Below, piece after piece: positions 45,008-54,389 of a stretch of DNA of 64,000 bases; position 1 is the stretch's first letter; each line of letters starts with the position of its first letter. The notes beneath the pieces were generated by a model. It had not been told where the DNA came from. It made no database searches and saw nothing but the letters and a program-made list of their open reading frames with translations. The position numbers and the translations under genes are program-made. Origin of the DNA: Escherichia phage HildyBeyeler; sequence record MZ501074; one strand, given 5' to 3'.

Positions 45008-45246
45008 TGTTTATTCTAGCGTTTTATTTGATTGTGGTAGGAGTTCTGGTTACTAAGTACCATACATGGGCACCAAAGAATGTAGCTAAGGTAGCACTAT
45101 TTGTTATCCCAGTTCCACTTATTATACTTTCTATGTTACTGGTGATGTTAATCGGTAAAGTGACGAAGACCGATATTAAGCGCATTGCTGACGAATTGCA
45201 ACAGTCCTGTGATATGATTGAGGATATTATTAAAGATGAAACTTAA
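45004..45246 (+). CDS. hypothetical membrane protein
   Basis: ORF track; two TM helices. Confidence 0.4.
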   Translation: MMFILAFYLIVVGVLVTKYHTWAPKNVAKVALFVIPVPLIILSMLLVMLIGKVTKTDIKRIADELQQSCDMIEDIIKDET

Positions 45247-45562
45247 TTTCAATGAGTTAAATACCTTGCATGAGCTGTTACAGTTTGTAAATAATAATAT
45301 TAGTATTCCAGCTGACACACTAGAAGTTCTCACGGTAATCGAGAAAAAGGTAGGAATTGAAATTGAGGACTCTTGGAAACCACTTTCTGTATTAACGCCA
45401 CTCAATATGAAAGTGATTGTTAAAAATATCAATACCGGAGAAGAACGTGAGATGGTTCGTACAGAACTGGCTGATAGTTACTCTCCAACGTCTGTAGTGA
45501 TGCAACATGATGGTGTTTCTGAAGTTCTACAGACAGCTAATTACGTATGGCGTCTCCCATGA
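45236..45562 (+). CDS. hypothetical protein
   Basis: In-frame ATG 45236; track ORF 45218-45562. Confidence 0.4.
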   Translation: MKLNFNELNTLHELLQFVNNNISIPADTLEVLTVIEKKVGIEIEDSWKPLSVLTPLNMKVIVKNINTGEEREMVRTELADSYSPTSVVMQHDGVSEVLQTANYVWRLP

Positions 45563-45661
45563 TTGATCTAGTACCAATTACTGCGGGACTAATAGCACTA
45601 TTAGTGCTCGCAGTTTTCATTATTGTGGAGCAGGCCAAAGTAATAAGGAGACTTAAAAACA

Positions 45662-45862
45662 ATGATAAAACGTCTTGTTTATCAGACACCAAAGATTGTA
45701 ACTGAGTATTTTGTATTACTGCCTCAAATTGTATTTCTAACAGCATTATTTAATATACTTTTTCGACATCTAGGAATAACAGAAAATATATTCTATACTT
45801 CTGGGTTACTTCCTTTTATGTACGAAGGCATCATTATGGCGATTAACGGGGTTCGTAAATGA
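45662..45862 (+). CDS. hypothetical membrane protein
   Basis: ORF track; AAGGAG RBS. Confidence 0.4.
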   Translation: MIKRLVYQTPKIVTEYFVLLPQIVFLTALFNILFRHLGITENIFYTSGLLPFMYEGIIMAINGVRK

Positions 45863-46326
45863 CAGCGCTACAACAACTACAGAATTACTGGTTTGATAAC
45901 CAATTTAACGATCTTTTCATCCAGTTGTTTGTCGAAACGAACGGACGCTTCAACTACCGATTCTTTAATAAGTTTCATGAAACAAAATTCTCACATACAG
46001 AAATTAATGCAGCGATCCAAGACCTAACTGGTTCTAAAGTAATTCAATATCGCGAAGTAGACTTTACACCAGATTGTTTTGGGTTTGAATTGTTTAAGAA
46101 AGCATATAAGTTTGGTAAGTTTGAAGATGCTCGTCAATGGGTTCACGATTTTTGGTATAACACCGATATTGTTCCTAGTCGCGTGCTGATTCTTAACTGG
46201 ATTGCTAAGCAACATCCACCTAAAATGCAATCATCCTTCTTACCGACTGCCACAGGAAACCTCTACCATGACAGAAAAGAAGAATCCATTATTGGAGCAG
46301 ATGAAGGAGTGGGAGAGCAATATTGA
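45859..46326 (+). CDS. hypothetical protein
   Basis: ORF track; ATGA overlap. Confidence 0.45.
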   Translation: MTALQQLQNYWFDNQFNDLFIQLFVETNGRFNYRFFNKFHETKFSHTEINAAIQDLTGSKVIQYREVDFTPDCFGFELFKKAYKFGKFEDARQWVHDFWYNTDIVPSRVLILNWIAKQHPPKMQSSFLPTATGNLYHDRKEESIIGADEGVGEQY

Positions 46327-46639
46327 ATCTGGTCTAATAGACGGTGAAGATATTGTTAATTCCATGTTAGAAGTAACAGTAGATAATATTAATCCTATTT
46401 TGGAGGGAGAAACCTCAGATCTTATAGGACTCTCTAGCACATTTGATTCTTTGGCTAAATTAGCTTTAGACGATGAAGAGATAACCAAAGAAGATCTCGC
46501 TACAGCTATGAATATGGCTATTAATGCTTACATCGGTAAACGTACTGATGAACTTGGTAAACAGATCAAAAAGCGTGATGCTACGCTAGGTCTTATGGAA
46601 ACGGCCACTATGTTACGAAGTGGTAAACAACTTCATTAA
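46268..46639 (+). CDS. hypothetical acidic protein
   Basis: In-frame ATG 46268 after AGGAAA; track ORF 46202-46639. Confidence 0.4.
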   Translation: MTEKKNPLLEQMKEWESNIESGLIDGEDIVNSMLEVTVDNINPILEGETSDLIGLSSTFDSLAKLALDDEEITKEDLATAMNMAINAYIGKRTDELGKQIKKRDATLGLMETATMLRSGKQLH

Positions 46640-46695
46640 TTTTAGGGGGCCAGGGCTTAACTGTTCTGGCCTTTTATGTTTTCAAGGAAATTCAA

Positions 46696-46899
46696 ATGCA
46701 AGTATATGTCCTTACTAGAGATATAAATGAGTATAATCAGGATGGTGAGTATTTTGTAAAAGTATTCGCTGAAAAGCCAAGTAAACAACAATTATTAGAT
46801 GTTGGAGTACCGGAAGACCAGGCTAAGTGTTTATTACAGGATAAAGAGTTTACTGGAGATGCTTACGAATGTTTCCACCTTAGCTGTGAGACTATTTAG
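46696..46899 (+). CDS. hypothetical small protein
   Basis: ORF track. Confidence 0.4.
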   Translation: MQVYVLTRDINEYNQDGEYFVKVFAEKPSKQQLLDVGVPEDQAKCLLQDKEFTGDAYECFHLSCETI

Positions 46900-46900
46900 T

Positions 46901-47347
46901 ATGAGAGAAAAAGTAAATGAATTATTAATCGAGGAAGCTAACAACTTTCCAATAAATAGGTTCGTCAAATCAGATGGGTCTATTAATAGAACTAAGATTA
47001 AGCAGCTACACCCCGACTTCCAGCAAGAAGCGCTAAACCTTATCTTTATCAAGAAAGCCATTGCAGCTCACGGGGCTTTCTTTGGGTATGAGCGTGTAAA
47101 TTATAAAACAATGCAGCAGCAAGTCGAGATCTATTGTCCAGACCATGATGGTTATTACTGGCAAACTGCTAGATCTCATTTAGAAGGGCATGGATGTCGA
47201 CTGTGCGCACACAAGGTTGTGCAGCGTGTCACGGATTATGGAACTTATACCGTACCAGCATGTTACCATAAATTTGTAATTGACGATAATCACATAGTTT
47301 GGTATAATAAGTTTTCAAAGTTAAGAATGGAGATAAGTAGTGAGTAG
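46901..47347 (+). CDS. hypothetical protein with CxxH...CxxC zinc-binding-like motif
   Basis: ATG 46901 directly after upstream stop; CPDHDGYYW...HGCRLCAH. Confidence 0.45.
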   Translation: MREKVNELLIEEANNFPINRFVKSDGSINRTKIKQLHPDFQQEALNLIFIKKAIAAHGAFFGYERVNYKTMQQQVEIYCPDHDGYYWQTARSHLEGHGCRLCAHKVVQRVTDYGTYTVPACYHKFVIDDNHIVWYNKFSKLRMEISSE

Positions 47348-47630
47348 CTATATTGTATGGTCAAACCCACTAGCAGCACTTAGTAACAAACTATTTAAAA
47401 CAACGTGGGGGTATAATGAAATAGACTTAGGTAGTCACCCAATACCAAACAAACATCCCTTAGTTCCAGAGCTGTATAGGGTAGTGATAAATGGCGCGGA
47501 GTATTTGGTTGATAAATTTGACAGAAAACGTTTACTAGAGGGTATCTACGATAATTCTACATCAATAAATGAATTAGTAGAACATGCCCAAATATATGAT
47601 AAAAGCTGGATGTTAATATGGAGATCATAG
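47340..47630 (+). CDS. hypothetical protein
   Basis: ORF track. Confidence 0.4.
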   Translation: MSSYIVWSNPLAALSNKLFKTTWGYNEIDLGSHPIPNKHPLVPELYRVVINGAEYLVDKFDRKRLLEGIYDNSTSINELVEHAQIYDKSWMLIWRS

Positions 47631-47842
47631 TAATTATTTTAGCAGTTATGTTGTTTATTGTAACATTTGTATCATTTGCTATTATGCGCAGAGCTAGAGA
47701 ACTAGCGGAAGATATAACAAAATTACGTGGTGAGTTGGCTGCCCTTAAACTACAGCGCGAGGCTTTAAAGTTATTTGTGGTTCAAGTAGCGTGGAGCATA
47801 CAACAGAAGACTTCATCACGTATCTCAAACATTACATGGTAA
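47618..47842 (+). CDS. hypothetical membrane protein
   Basis: ORF track; TM helix. Confidence 0.35.
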   Translation: MEIIVIILAVMLFIVTFVSFAIMRRARELAEDITKLRGELAALKLQREALKLFVVQVAWSIQQKTSSRISNITW

Positions 47843-47849
47843 TTAAATA

Positions 47850-48035
47850 ATGGAAACTCTTTTTCTTTTAATGCTTGTAGGTTCCCTGCTAGTCATATTA
47901 GCACTTCTACTAATCTGCAATATTCTTAATAATAAGAATTTAGAGTTAAAGTGTGAGAACCAAATCCTTAATCGTGAACTTAAACAATATAATCTAGCAG
48001 CTCATAAACTGCTAGACAAACTGGAGAATAAATAA
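47850..48035 (+). CDS. hypothetical membrane protein
   Basis: ORF track; TM helix. Confidence 0.35.
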   Translation: METLFLLMLVGSLLVILALLLICNILNNKNLELKCENQILNRELKQYNLAAHKLLDKLENK

Positions 48036-48643
48036 TGTTTACACAACAACCTATTCAAGTAGTACCAGATCATGAACTGAATACATGGGATTATAGCTTT
48101 AAAGATTTAACTGCTACTGTACAATTCAAATCTATGAAGCTAACCTTTGCACACACTAATATTAAAGCATGTAAAGATTTTGAAGGTAGGCTCAACAACG
48201 CTCGTAAGATTTTTGGTACGGCTCGGATTCCAGCTGATAACCTTATTAACGCATTAATAGATGCGGGCTATAAACTCGTGAAGGCTGAGGTGAACCGCCC
48301 TAGTACTCCAGTAACTGTTAGTGATCCGTGGCAGTCAGGGCCAATTATAAGGTGGAACAGTCCTAAAATAACGTCGGATTTGCACAATGTTCCATGCGGT
48401 GGTGCGCTGTCGTCTAATCAGTCCTATCGAGTTGGGGAAGATTATGGGCCTTCTGCACAGTTGAAACATACTCAAGAAGCTTTTGAATCTGACATGAAAA
48501 GCGTAGCACCTGCAGATGCTGGAGTTTCTAGGAGTTCTGTTTGTACTATTCATTTTAATAATCCTAGTAAACATGGAAGTCTAGAAGATGCTATTATGGG
48601 GGCGTTGGGAGCTGCTCTTAATGAAGATAAGAGAGGTAATTAA
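48035..48643 (+). CDS. hypothetical protein
   Basis: ORF track; ATGA overlaps. Confidence 0.45.
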   Translation: MFTQQPIQVVPDHELNTWDYSFKDLTATVQFKSMKLTFAHTNIKACKDFEGRLNNARKIFGTARIPADNLINALIDAGYKLVKAEVNRPSTPVTVSDPWQSGPIIRWNSPKITSDLHNVPCGGALSSNQSYRVGEDYGPSAQLKHTQEAFESDMKSVAPADAGVSRSSVCTIHFNNPSKHGSLEDAIMGALGAALNEDKRGN

Positions 48644-49368
48644 TGAGTATTAAAAAGAATTTAGCAGAGATTATTAAATTAGCTAGAGCTTGTAATGGAA
48701 AATGTGTTTCTCAACTTAATGAACTAGAGGCACATGCAGTAGCGTTTTGTGCAGAGTTTTATCCTGCATATATTAACGCTAGTGGACAGCCGAAATATAA
48801 TAAAGATGCAGAAGAAGTTACGTTAGCTCCTTCGTATATTAGTATACGTCGTCTGATTCAAACTGTTGACCCTAATATTAAAGGATTTTCAGCAGATTCA
48901 TTCCATGTTTTTGCGGATAAAGAACTCCCACATTTTAAAGAAGGAAGTGCAAAGACAGCCCTAGAATGTTATCCTAATATTTTGATGATTCCACCTAAGC
49001 AATGTAAGTATGATCATCTTCCTAGACTTACAAAGAAAGTAGAACCACCTTATTCTTCTCTATCTGAATTAAAGCTAGGAATTGTATCTACACTTGCGCA
49101 GGTTCATCTAAGTATAGTTGACGACTCAACAACATCTAATCCAGTCTTAGATGCTGCACATTATGAAATTTTACGTGACCCTGAACAGGCTAGAAAAGTT
49201 GCGAAGTCTGTTAAGTTTGACATCTCAACAATTCTTGATACGATGCAAGATACGAGACCTAGAGGAAGTGTAGATTATTCTGCGCTAAATTCCGAGTCAT
49301 CTTACCTAGCAACATTCCTTTTCATGGCATCGAAGGGAATCATACTCAAAGTCAATCACGATGTATAA
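48643..49368 (+). CDS. hypothetical protein
   Basis: ORF track; last gene before repeat region. Confidence 0.45.
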   Translation: MSIKKNLAEIIKLARACNGKCVSQLNELEAHAVAFCAEFYPAYINASGQPKYNKDAEEVTLAPSYISIRRLIQTVDPNIKGFSADSFHVFADKELPHFKEGSAKTALECYPNILMIPPKQCKYDHLPRLTKKVEPPYSSLSELKLGIVSTLAQVHLSIVDDSTTSNPVLDAAHYEILRDPEQARKVAKSVKFDISTILDTMQDTRPRGSVDYSALNSESSYLATFLFMASKGIILKVNHDV

Positions 49369-49385
49369 ACGTTAACAAAATCTTC

Positions 49386-49414
49386 TTGACATTATTTGAG
49401 CTGTATGTTATAAT
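49386..49414 (+). promoter_or_regulatory. consensus sigma70 promoter TTGACA-17-TATAAT
   Basis: Both hexamers perfect, 17-bp spacer; no ORF downstream. Confidence 0.7.
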
Positions 49415-49767
49415 AATCTCATAGATTAAAAACATCAACTTGTTTTTACCTCTAGGCCGTAGATTTACATCATTCCTCGTAGGAAAACACTTGATGACGG
49501 TTCTGTTCGCAGGTTCTCGTCAATTGTTCTTCCTCCCCGAGACTCAGGAGGATGTATCAAATCGCACGCGCCTAGAGGGGCTAACTCTCATGAAATGGGG
49601 GTATATTAACTTTTAAATAACTGATAAATATTTAAAGGCAATATCTGTGTTCAAGATGATACACCTGTTGCCGCTCATCTGCTAGGATGGCACAACACTT
49701 TCTTCTAGACTCCTAAGTTTCTAGGAAATTGATAAGCACAAATTCTAGAGATCGCACAAAAATATTC

Positions 49768-50546
49768 ATCGGATTTGCACATATTCTAGGAAATTGATAA
49801 GTACAAAAATATTCATCGGATTTGCACATATTCTAGGGCAGTTTCTCTCAAACGTTACACATACTAGGCGGTTAATATAGGGCGGTTATAGGGAGGGCGG
49901 TTATTTCTAGGAGACATTTTTTGAAAACACATTTCTGGATTTTACTGTCGGATTTGCACACTGCATTTCTAGAAATTTATGGTCGGATTTGCACAAACGC
50001 CTAAGTTTTTAGGAACATATAATCTCTTGAAAATGGCAGCATTATTTCGGGCCGAAGGCCCATGATTGCCTGAGTTTTTAGAGCCACAGGAATTTTCACT
50101 TGTCAAGCTATTTTGCCCCATTTTGCTAATAAAATTTTACTTTTTCTGCACCTATCTCAAATTTCCCCAAATTATCTCAACTCTTCCCCAAAACCCCGCA
50201 AATCAGGTGCTCCGCACCAATCCTGCGCCCACACCATTCTAGCCTCCCAAATTTCTCTCGCTCTCTCATCTTCTCCTCAAACCTATACAATCACACACCC
50301 TCTCATCGAAGTCACAAAAATTTCATCGGATTCGCACAAATAAACCCATGTCGGATTTGCACATATTCTAGCTAATTCCACAGGATTGATGCGCAGCATC
50401 GGATTGCTGGAGTTTTTGGGAAAATTCGTCGTCGGATTCGCACATCACAAAAGTTTTTAGGGTCGGATTTGCACACTACCAAAAATTGTCGGATTCGCAC
50501 ATACACGCCCGCACGTAACACCCGTGGAGCAATGTCGGATTTGCAC
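49768..50546 (+). repeat. ten direct copies of 13-bp iteron TCGGATT(T/C)GCACA
   Basis: Copies start at 49768, 49815, 49947, 49982, 50325, 50350, 50431, 50462, 50488, 50534, all same orientation. Confidence 0.85.
49866..49902 (+). repeat. three direct copies of GGCGGTTA at 14-15 bp spacing
   Basis: Copies at 49866, 49880, 49895. Confidence 0.7.
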
Positions 50547-50575
50547 AAAAGCGCAGGGCAATTGCCCTGCGACTT

Positions 50576-50800
50576 TGAATGAGAATCATTATCATTTAAG
50601 AAGTGGAATGCAAATGATAATTATTCTCATTTAAGAAGTGGAATGATTCTCATTTAATAAGTGGAATGCAAATGATAATTATTCTCATTTAAGAAGTGGA
50701 ATGAGAACTATTCAAGAAGTGAAACGATTCTCATTAAAGAAGCGAAACGATTCTCATCCTAGAAAGGGAATGCAAATGATAATGATTCTCATTTAAAAAC
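50576..50800 (+). repeat. tandem array of about 24-bp units (GATTCTCATTTAAGAAGTGGAATG and variants)
   Basis: About eight degenerate contiguous units read directly. Confidence 0.8.
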
Positions 50801-50822
50801 GGAAGTGAGAAACACTGTTATT

Positions 50823-50936
50823 TAAGTTATCCACAGACTTATTAACAGCACGATTTGACTTGACAGAATCCTAGCCATTTTGAGGCGTTATCCACAGACT
50901 TATCCACAGCTTATTCTACTGTATAAATATACAGTA
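50823..50936 (+). promoter_or_regulatory. left inverted repeat with three perfect DnaA boxes and 20-bp palindrome
   Basis: TTATCCACA at 50827, 50888, 50900; TACTGTATAAATATACAGTA at 50917-50936. Confidence 0.8.
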
Positions 50937-51191
50937 TTCCTACGCAGTGAATAATTCTAATATAGGCCTAAAACGTCCTGAATCGCATTCTAGCGCGTTT
51001 TATTTTGGCGGGGATACTAAAACAAGGGCAAAACTGGAGGAGGCTTAGAAATTAGTTAGCTCGCTAACGATCACACAAGGCGACACGTAACACCCTAATC
51101 ATTAGCAGGCTAACCATCGCGGGCGCGGTCAAATGAGAATCATTCTCATTTGAGGATTGGGGGCACTTCCTGATAATTGCCCCCGTGATTA

Positions 51192-51386
51192 TTAGTCCGG
51201 TAATTGATGCGTGATCTTCTCCTCTTCCCCGTAGGAATCGACTAAATGCTGATAATAACCATCATGATCATAAATGACTTTATCATATTCGCCCAGCTCG
51301 ACCGCTTGCCGGTTTTCCGGAGTATCGGGCACATAAAAAACGTCAACCATTGTGGTAGTTTTGGTCACAATAATTTTATCGCTCAT
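51192..51386 (-). CDS. hypothetical protein
   Basis: ORF track; last gene of leftward operon. Confidence 0.4.
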   Translation of the reverse strand: MSDKIIVTKTTTMVDVFYVPDTPENRQAVELGEYDKVIYDHDGYYQHLVDSYGEEEKITHQLPD

Positions 51387-51401
51387 AATAACGCCCCGTT
51401 A

Positions 51402-51683
51402 TTAGTTGACTATCTCAAAGATAGCGTTCTCAAGTGTCGCCCTTAGGATCCCATCGCGCCCTACTACGGAATACTTGAGATCAGGTATTTTGTAACGCTC
51501 AATTGCTTTGAGTAATTGATCTTTTTGGGCTTTATATTTTTGCCCTTCTCGCGCTATCGTGTCGCCTTCGGCTTTAATGCAAATCAGTGTAACCATAATA
51601 ATCCCCCTAGTAAATATATTTTTGCCAATAGCGGCGAACGTTATCGCCACCAGCGGAATCATTAGCTGCCTTACTATTACCAA
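51402..51683 (-). CDS. hypothetical protein (start uncertain)
   Basis: ORF track; possible internal start at MVTLICIK. Confidence 0.4.
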   Translation of the reverse strand: MVIVRQLMIPLVAITFAAIGKNIFTRGIIMVTLICIKAEGDTIAREGQKYKAQKDQLLKAIERYKIPDLKYSVVGRDGILRATLENAIFEIVN

Positions 51684-51707
51684 CGAAAATATATAATCTC
51701 ATTAGTA

Positions 51708-51869
51708 TTATTTTCCCCGCATTAATTTATACATAACTAACATCCCGCAAAACTGACCTAAGATAGTGCAGACAACAAGGGATAACACAATATTGCCTAT
51801 GGTGTTATAAGTAACCACACCAACAATAAGGGATAATGCATACCCTAGCAGGGCAATATAAACAGCCAT
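51708..51869 (-). CDS. hypothetical mini membrane protein (53 aa)
   Basis: Hand translation MAVYIALLGYALSLIVGVV...; not in ORF track. Confidence 0.35.
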   Translation of the reverse strand: MAVYIALLGYALSLIVGVVTYNTIGNIVLSLVVCTILGQFCGMLVMYKLMRGK

Positions 51870-51878
51870 ATTATTTAC

Positions 51879-52214
51879 CTATTTTCGAAACGCTGTTTCA
51901 ATACTATCAGCCGTGGATTGAATATACGCGCCTTTCATTATCAGGCGCTCGGTGCATACTTTGCGAAAAATATTAATAAAATCATCTTCATTTTCTGCGA
52001 TTAACGCCTCCCCCATGACCTGAATATCACACGATGCAAAGGTCAAAAATTGAAACGCTAGTTCACGGGCGACGACCGCATTAATTTTATAATGCGCCTT
52101 TCCATCGTAAATATTAACAACGCCCTTATATTCAGGCGAAAGCTGATTTAAGTAGTTTGCTAATAATCCCGGGCGGCAATTAGTAACAAAGCGATTCCCT
52201 TCATAAATTACCAT
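51879..52214 (-). CDS. hypothetical protein
   Basis: ATG 52214 (MVIYEGNRF) preceded by GGGAGG; track ORF 51879-52229. Confidence 0.45.
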   Translation of the reverse strand: MVIYEGNRFVTNCRPGLLANYLNQLSPEYKGVVNIYDGKAHYKINAVVARELAFQFLTFASCDIQVMGEALIAENEDDFINIFRKVCTERLIMKGAYIQSTADSIETAFRK

Positions 52215-52215
52215 T

Positions 52216-52341
52216 TTATAACCTCCCAATCAGATAGCCAGATAAAAGCATAAAAATCCCCAGCGAACTAGGGTCATTCTTAAACAAGGTGGCGGTAAAA
52301 CCGCCAACCATTGCAAGGATAACAACAATAACGCTTTTCAT
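52216..52341 (-). CDS. hypothetical mini membrane protein (41 aa)
   Basis: Hand translation MKSVIVVILAMVGGFTATLF...; ATGA-coupled to upstream gene; not in ORF track. Confidence 0.35.
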   Translation of the reverse strand: MKSVIVVILAMVGGFTATLFKNDPSSLGIFMLLSGYLIGRL

Positions 52342-52550
52342 AGTACCCCACGAAACGCAGCGTAAAAGGTGGCAAAGTGTCTAACCGTTTCAGCTATCAC
52401 GTTGCCGCGCTTATCGAATTTTTTCTCGGTAACACGAAAGGCGTTTTTATTCCGTGCTACATATTCGATTTTACAATCTTCCCGCTCGAACGTGTTAACG
52501 TCCACCAGCTTAAAGCCTTTGGAACGAGCAAGGGAAACATTACGAATCAT
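52338..52550 (-). CDS. hypothetical protein
   Basis: ORF track. Confidence 0.4.
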   Translation of the reverse strand: MIRNVSLARSKGFKLVDVNTFEREDCKIEYVARNKNAFRVTEKKFDKRGNVIAETVRHFATFYAAFRGVL

Positions 52551-52552
52551 TT

Positions 52553-52741
52553 TTATTCTCCTTTACTATTCATGCAGCCCAGCAGATAAGAAAATACAGC
52601 GACACCCGCGCCAATAATAACCATAGGTTTAGTATTTGCTAAACTGCAATAAGAATCCTGAATACCATAAGCGGTGGCGAAAAGAGTCAAAATAGCGCCC
52701 AAGATACCTGCTAAAAAAGCCCGAAAAATAACCATTTTCAT
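52553..52741 (-). CDS. hypothetical two-helix membrane protein
   Basis: ORF track; two hydrophobic stretches. Confidence 0.4.
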   Translation of the reverse strand: MKMVIFRAFLAGILGAILTLFATAYGIQDSYCSLANTKPMVIIGAGVAVFSYLLGCMNSKGE

Positions 52742-52781
52742 TCTCCTAGTTAGTGGGGCGAAAGTAGCGCCCCGTTATTAC

Positions 52782-53012
52782 TTACATTAAAACGATTTTG
52801 GCGGCTTGTTTTTTGGTGCAATGTTCTGCTTTCAGGGTATCCAGCAAAAAGCCCGCCGTTTGCTGATCGATTTGATCATTATCATAAAGCGCCTGAATGG
52901 TAGTGTAAGTTTTAGCAATGCCGTATTCTTGCACCATTTCTTGAATGATCCAGCGATTTGATACCCAGCCTTTTCCAGTGAAAAGATGACTAGCAGAAGA
53001 ATAAGCAACCAT
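52782..53012 (-). CDS. hypothetical protein
   Basis: ORF track. Confidence 0.4.
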   Translation of the reverse strand: MVAYSSASHLFTGKGWVSNRWIIQEMVQEYGIAKTYTTIQALYDNDQIDQQTAGFLLDTLKAEHCTKKQAAKIVLM

Positions 53013-53130
53013 TATAAGCCTCCAAAATTTTTTGGGAAATTTTCAACCGTCCTCAAACGGTGTAAGGGCATTATAACAAAAAGGCCGCCATAATCGGCGA
53101 CCTTTACAAAACTTTACATTAGATTATTTA

Positions 53131-54123
53131 TTACTCGTTTTCGGTGTTAGTGGTAAAAGTAGAAATATCGATACCTTTTACCATTTCATCAATCATCTCA
53201 GCGATGTTAAAACTTTGCACCATTTCCAACATTGCCGCTTCCATAGCCGCTCCTGCTACCGCTTTCGCTTTCTGGTTATTCGGGGCGTACTGGTCAACCG
53301 CTACACTCAGCAGGTTAGCGATCACTACTCGACCGATCGGCGTATCAATATAGCCTTTAATCATAAATGGCGCTTTTTTAGCCGCTACTTTCGTGATTTG
53401 AGTTAGTGCAATTTTACCCGCTTCCAGTTTTGCAGCATTTACAACAGCGGATTTATTAGCGGCAACGATGTTAGCGATCTTAGTCATGGTATTTTTTCCT
53501 TTGTTTTCAGTGGTTTGAGTGTTAACGCTTTGAGTGTTAGAATTTACAGCATGTTTTTCTATATTGTCAATAGGCTGATCTTCATCTTTCCAGAAAGAAA
53601 AGCCCGCGCTTTCTATATCCCCATCGTATACGTATGGGTATACTTCCGACGGTAGCAAAAAATTGCCATCATCATCAAAGGCCATTACAGCCGCCAGACG
53701 ATACCCGTCACCGATTGACCGATTCCAGCCAACTGATAAATAACGCCAAAATGAATCAAGAAAGTTTTCAACGTCATAAAGATCCTTATCATAAGGCTCA
53801 TAATTTTCTATTGAAAAAACTTCTAAGCCCGCCCCAGCATCATAGGCTTTTACTGTGCTACCTTTTACGATTATGAAATCAGTGTCCGGCCCCCTACTAG
53901 TAAGCAGGTGATTATCCCTATTATATAAGATAATAGTTGCCCCTTGCTTATATAATGGTAGAAAACTACTCATATCATAGGCGTCGAAATCATCAAAAAA
54001 ATTCTGGTGAATATCTTCGGCCTTGTTAACAAAGTGCTTAATGCTGGTTGTTCTGCTACCGTCCAGCAGGTTGCGCAGCGCACCTTTTAAGACGGTTGCG
54101 TTATCTGGTTTATATAGCCTCAT
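53131..54123 (-). CDS. hypothetical two-domain protein (330 aa)
   Basis: ORF track; acidic N-terminal domain, N/T/Q-rich linker, A/K-rich C-terminal domain; no motif recognised. Confidence 0.55.
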   Translation of the reverse strand: MRLYKPDNATVLKGALRNLLDGSRTTSIKHFVNKAEDIHQNFFDDFDAYDMSSFLPLYKQGATIILYNRDNHLLTSRGPDTDFIIVKGSTVKAYDAGAGLEVFSIENYEPYDKDLYDVENFLDSFWRYLSVGWNRSIGDGYRLAAVMAFDDDGNFLLPSEVYPYVYDGDIESAGFSFWKDEDQPIDNIEKHAVNSNTQSVNTQTTENKGKNTMTKIANIVAANKSAVVNAAKLEAGKIALTQITKVAAKKAPFMIKGYIDTPIGRVVIANLLSVAVDQYAPNNQKAKAVAGAAMEAAMLEMVQSFNIAEMIDEMVKGIDISTFTTNTENE

Positions 54124-54389
54124 TTGTTGGCCTCCCTCGTTAATCGGTGAGTGAATGATAAAGGCAATTTTCTAGCATAGGCAAATATTATTTTACCTTT
54201 TTATTTTCCTTGCCTAGCGCCTAGTTTTATGCTAACCGCGCAGCGGTACAGTAAAGAGCAAAACACGGTGAAGCCACCAGGCCGACGCGTTGAGGCTTTA
54301 CTTTAATATTACCCCACTGCGTTTAGCTCGTTAGAAAGCGATTTAGGCCGCTTAAAATTGATTGCAGTTGTTAACACTACCTTTTTACC

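Noticed and set aside
50113-50343. Plus-strand 76-aa ORF in the pyrimidine-rich tract
   Set aside because: Low-complexity Pro/Ser/Leu translation of a compositionally skewed repeat region with no RBS
50576-50800. CRISPR array
   Set aside because: Repeat units are contiguous with no unique spacers and are degenerate; no cas genes; interpreted as tandem binding-site repeats
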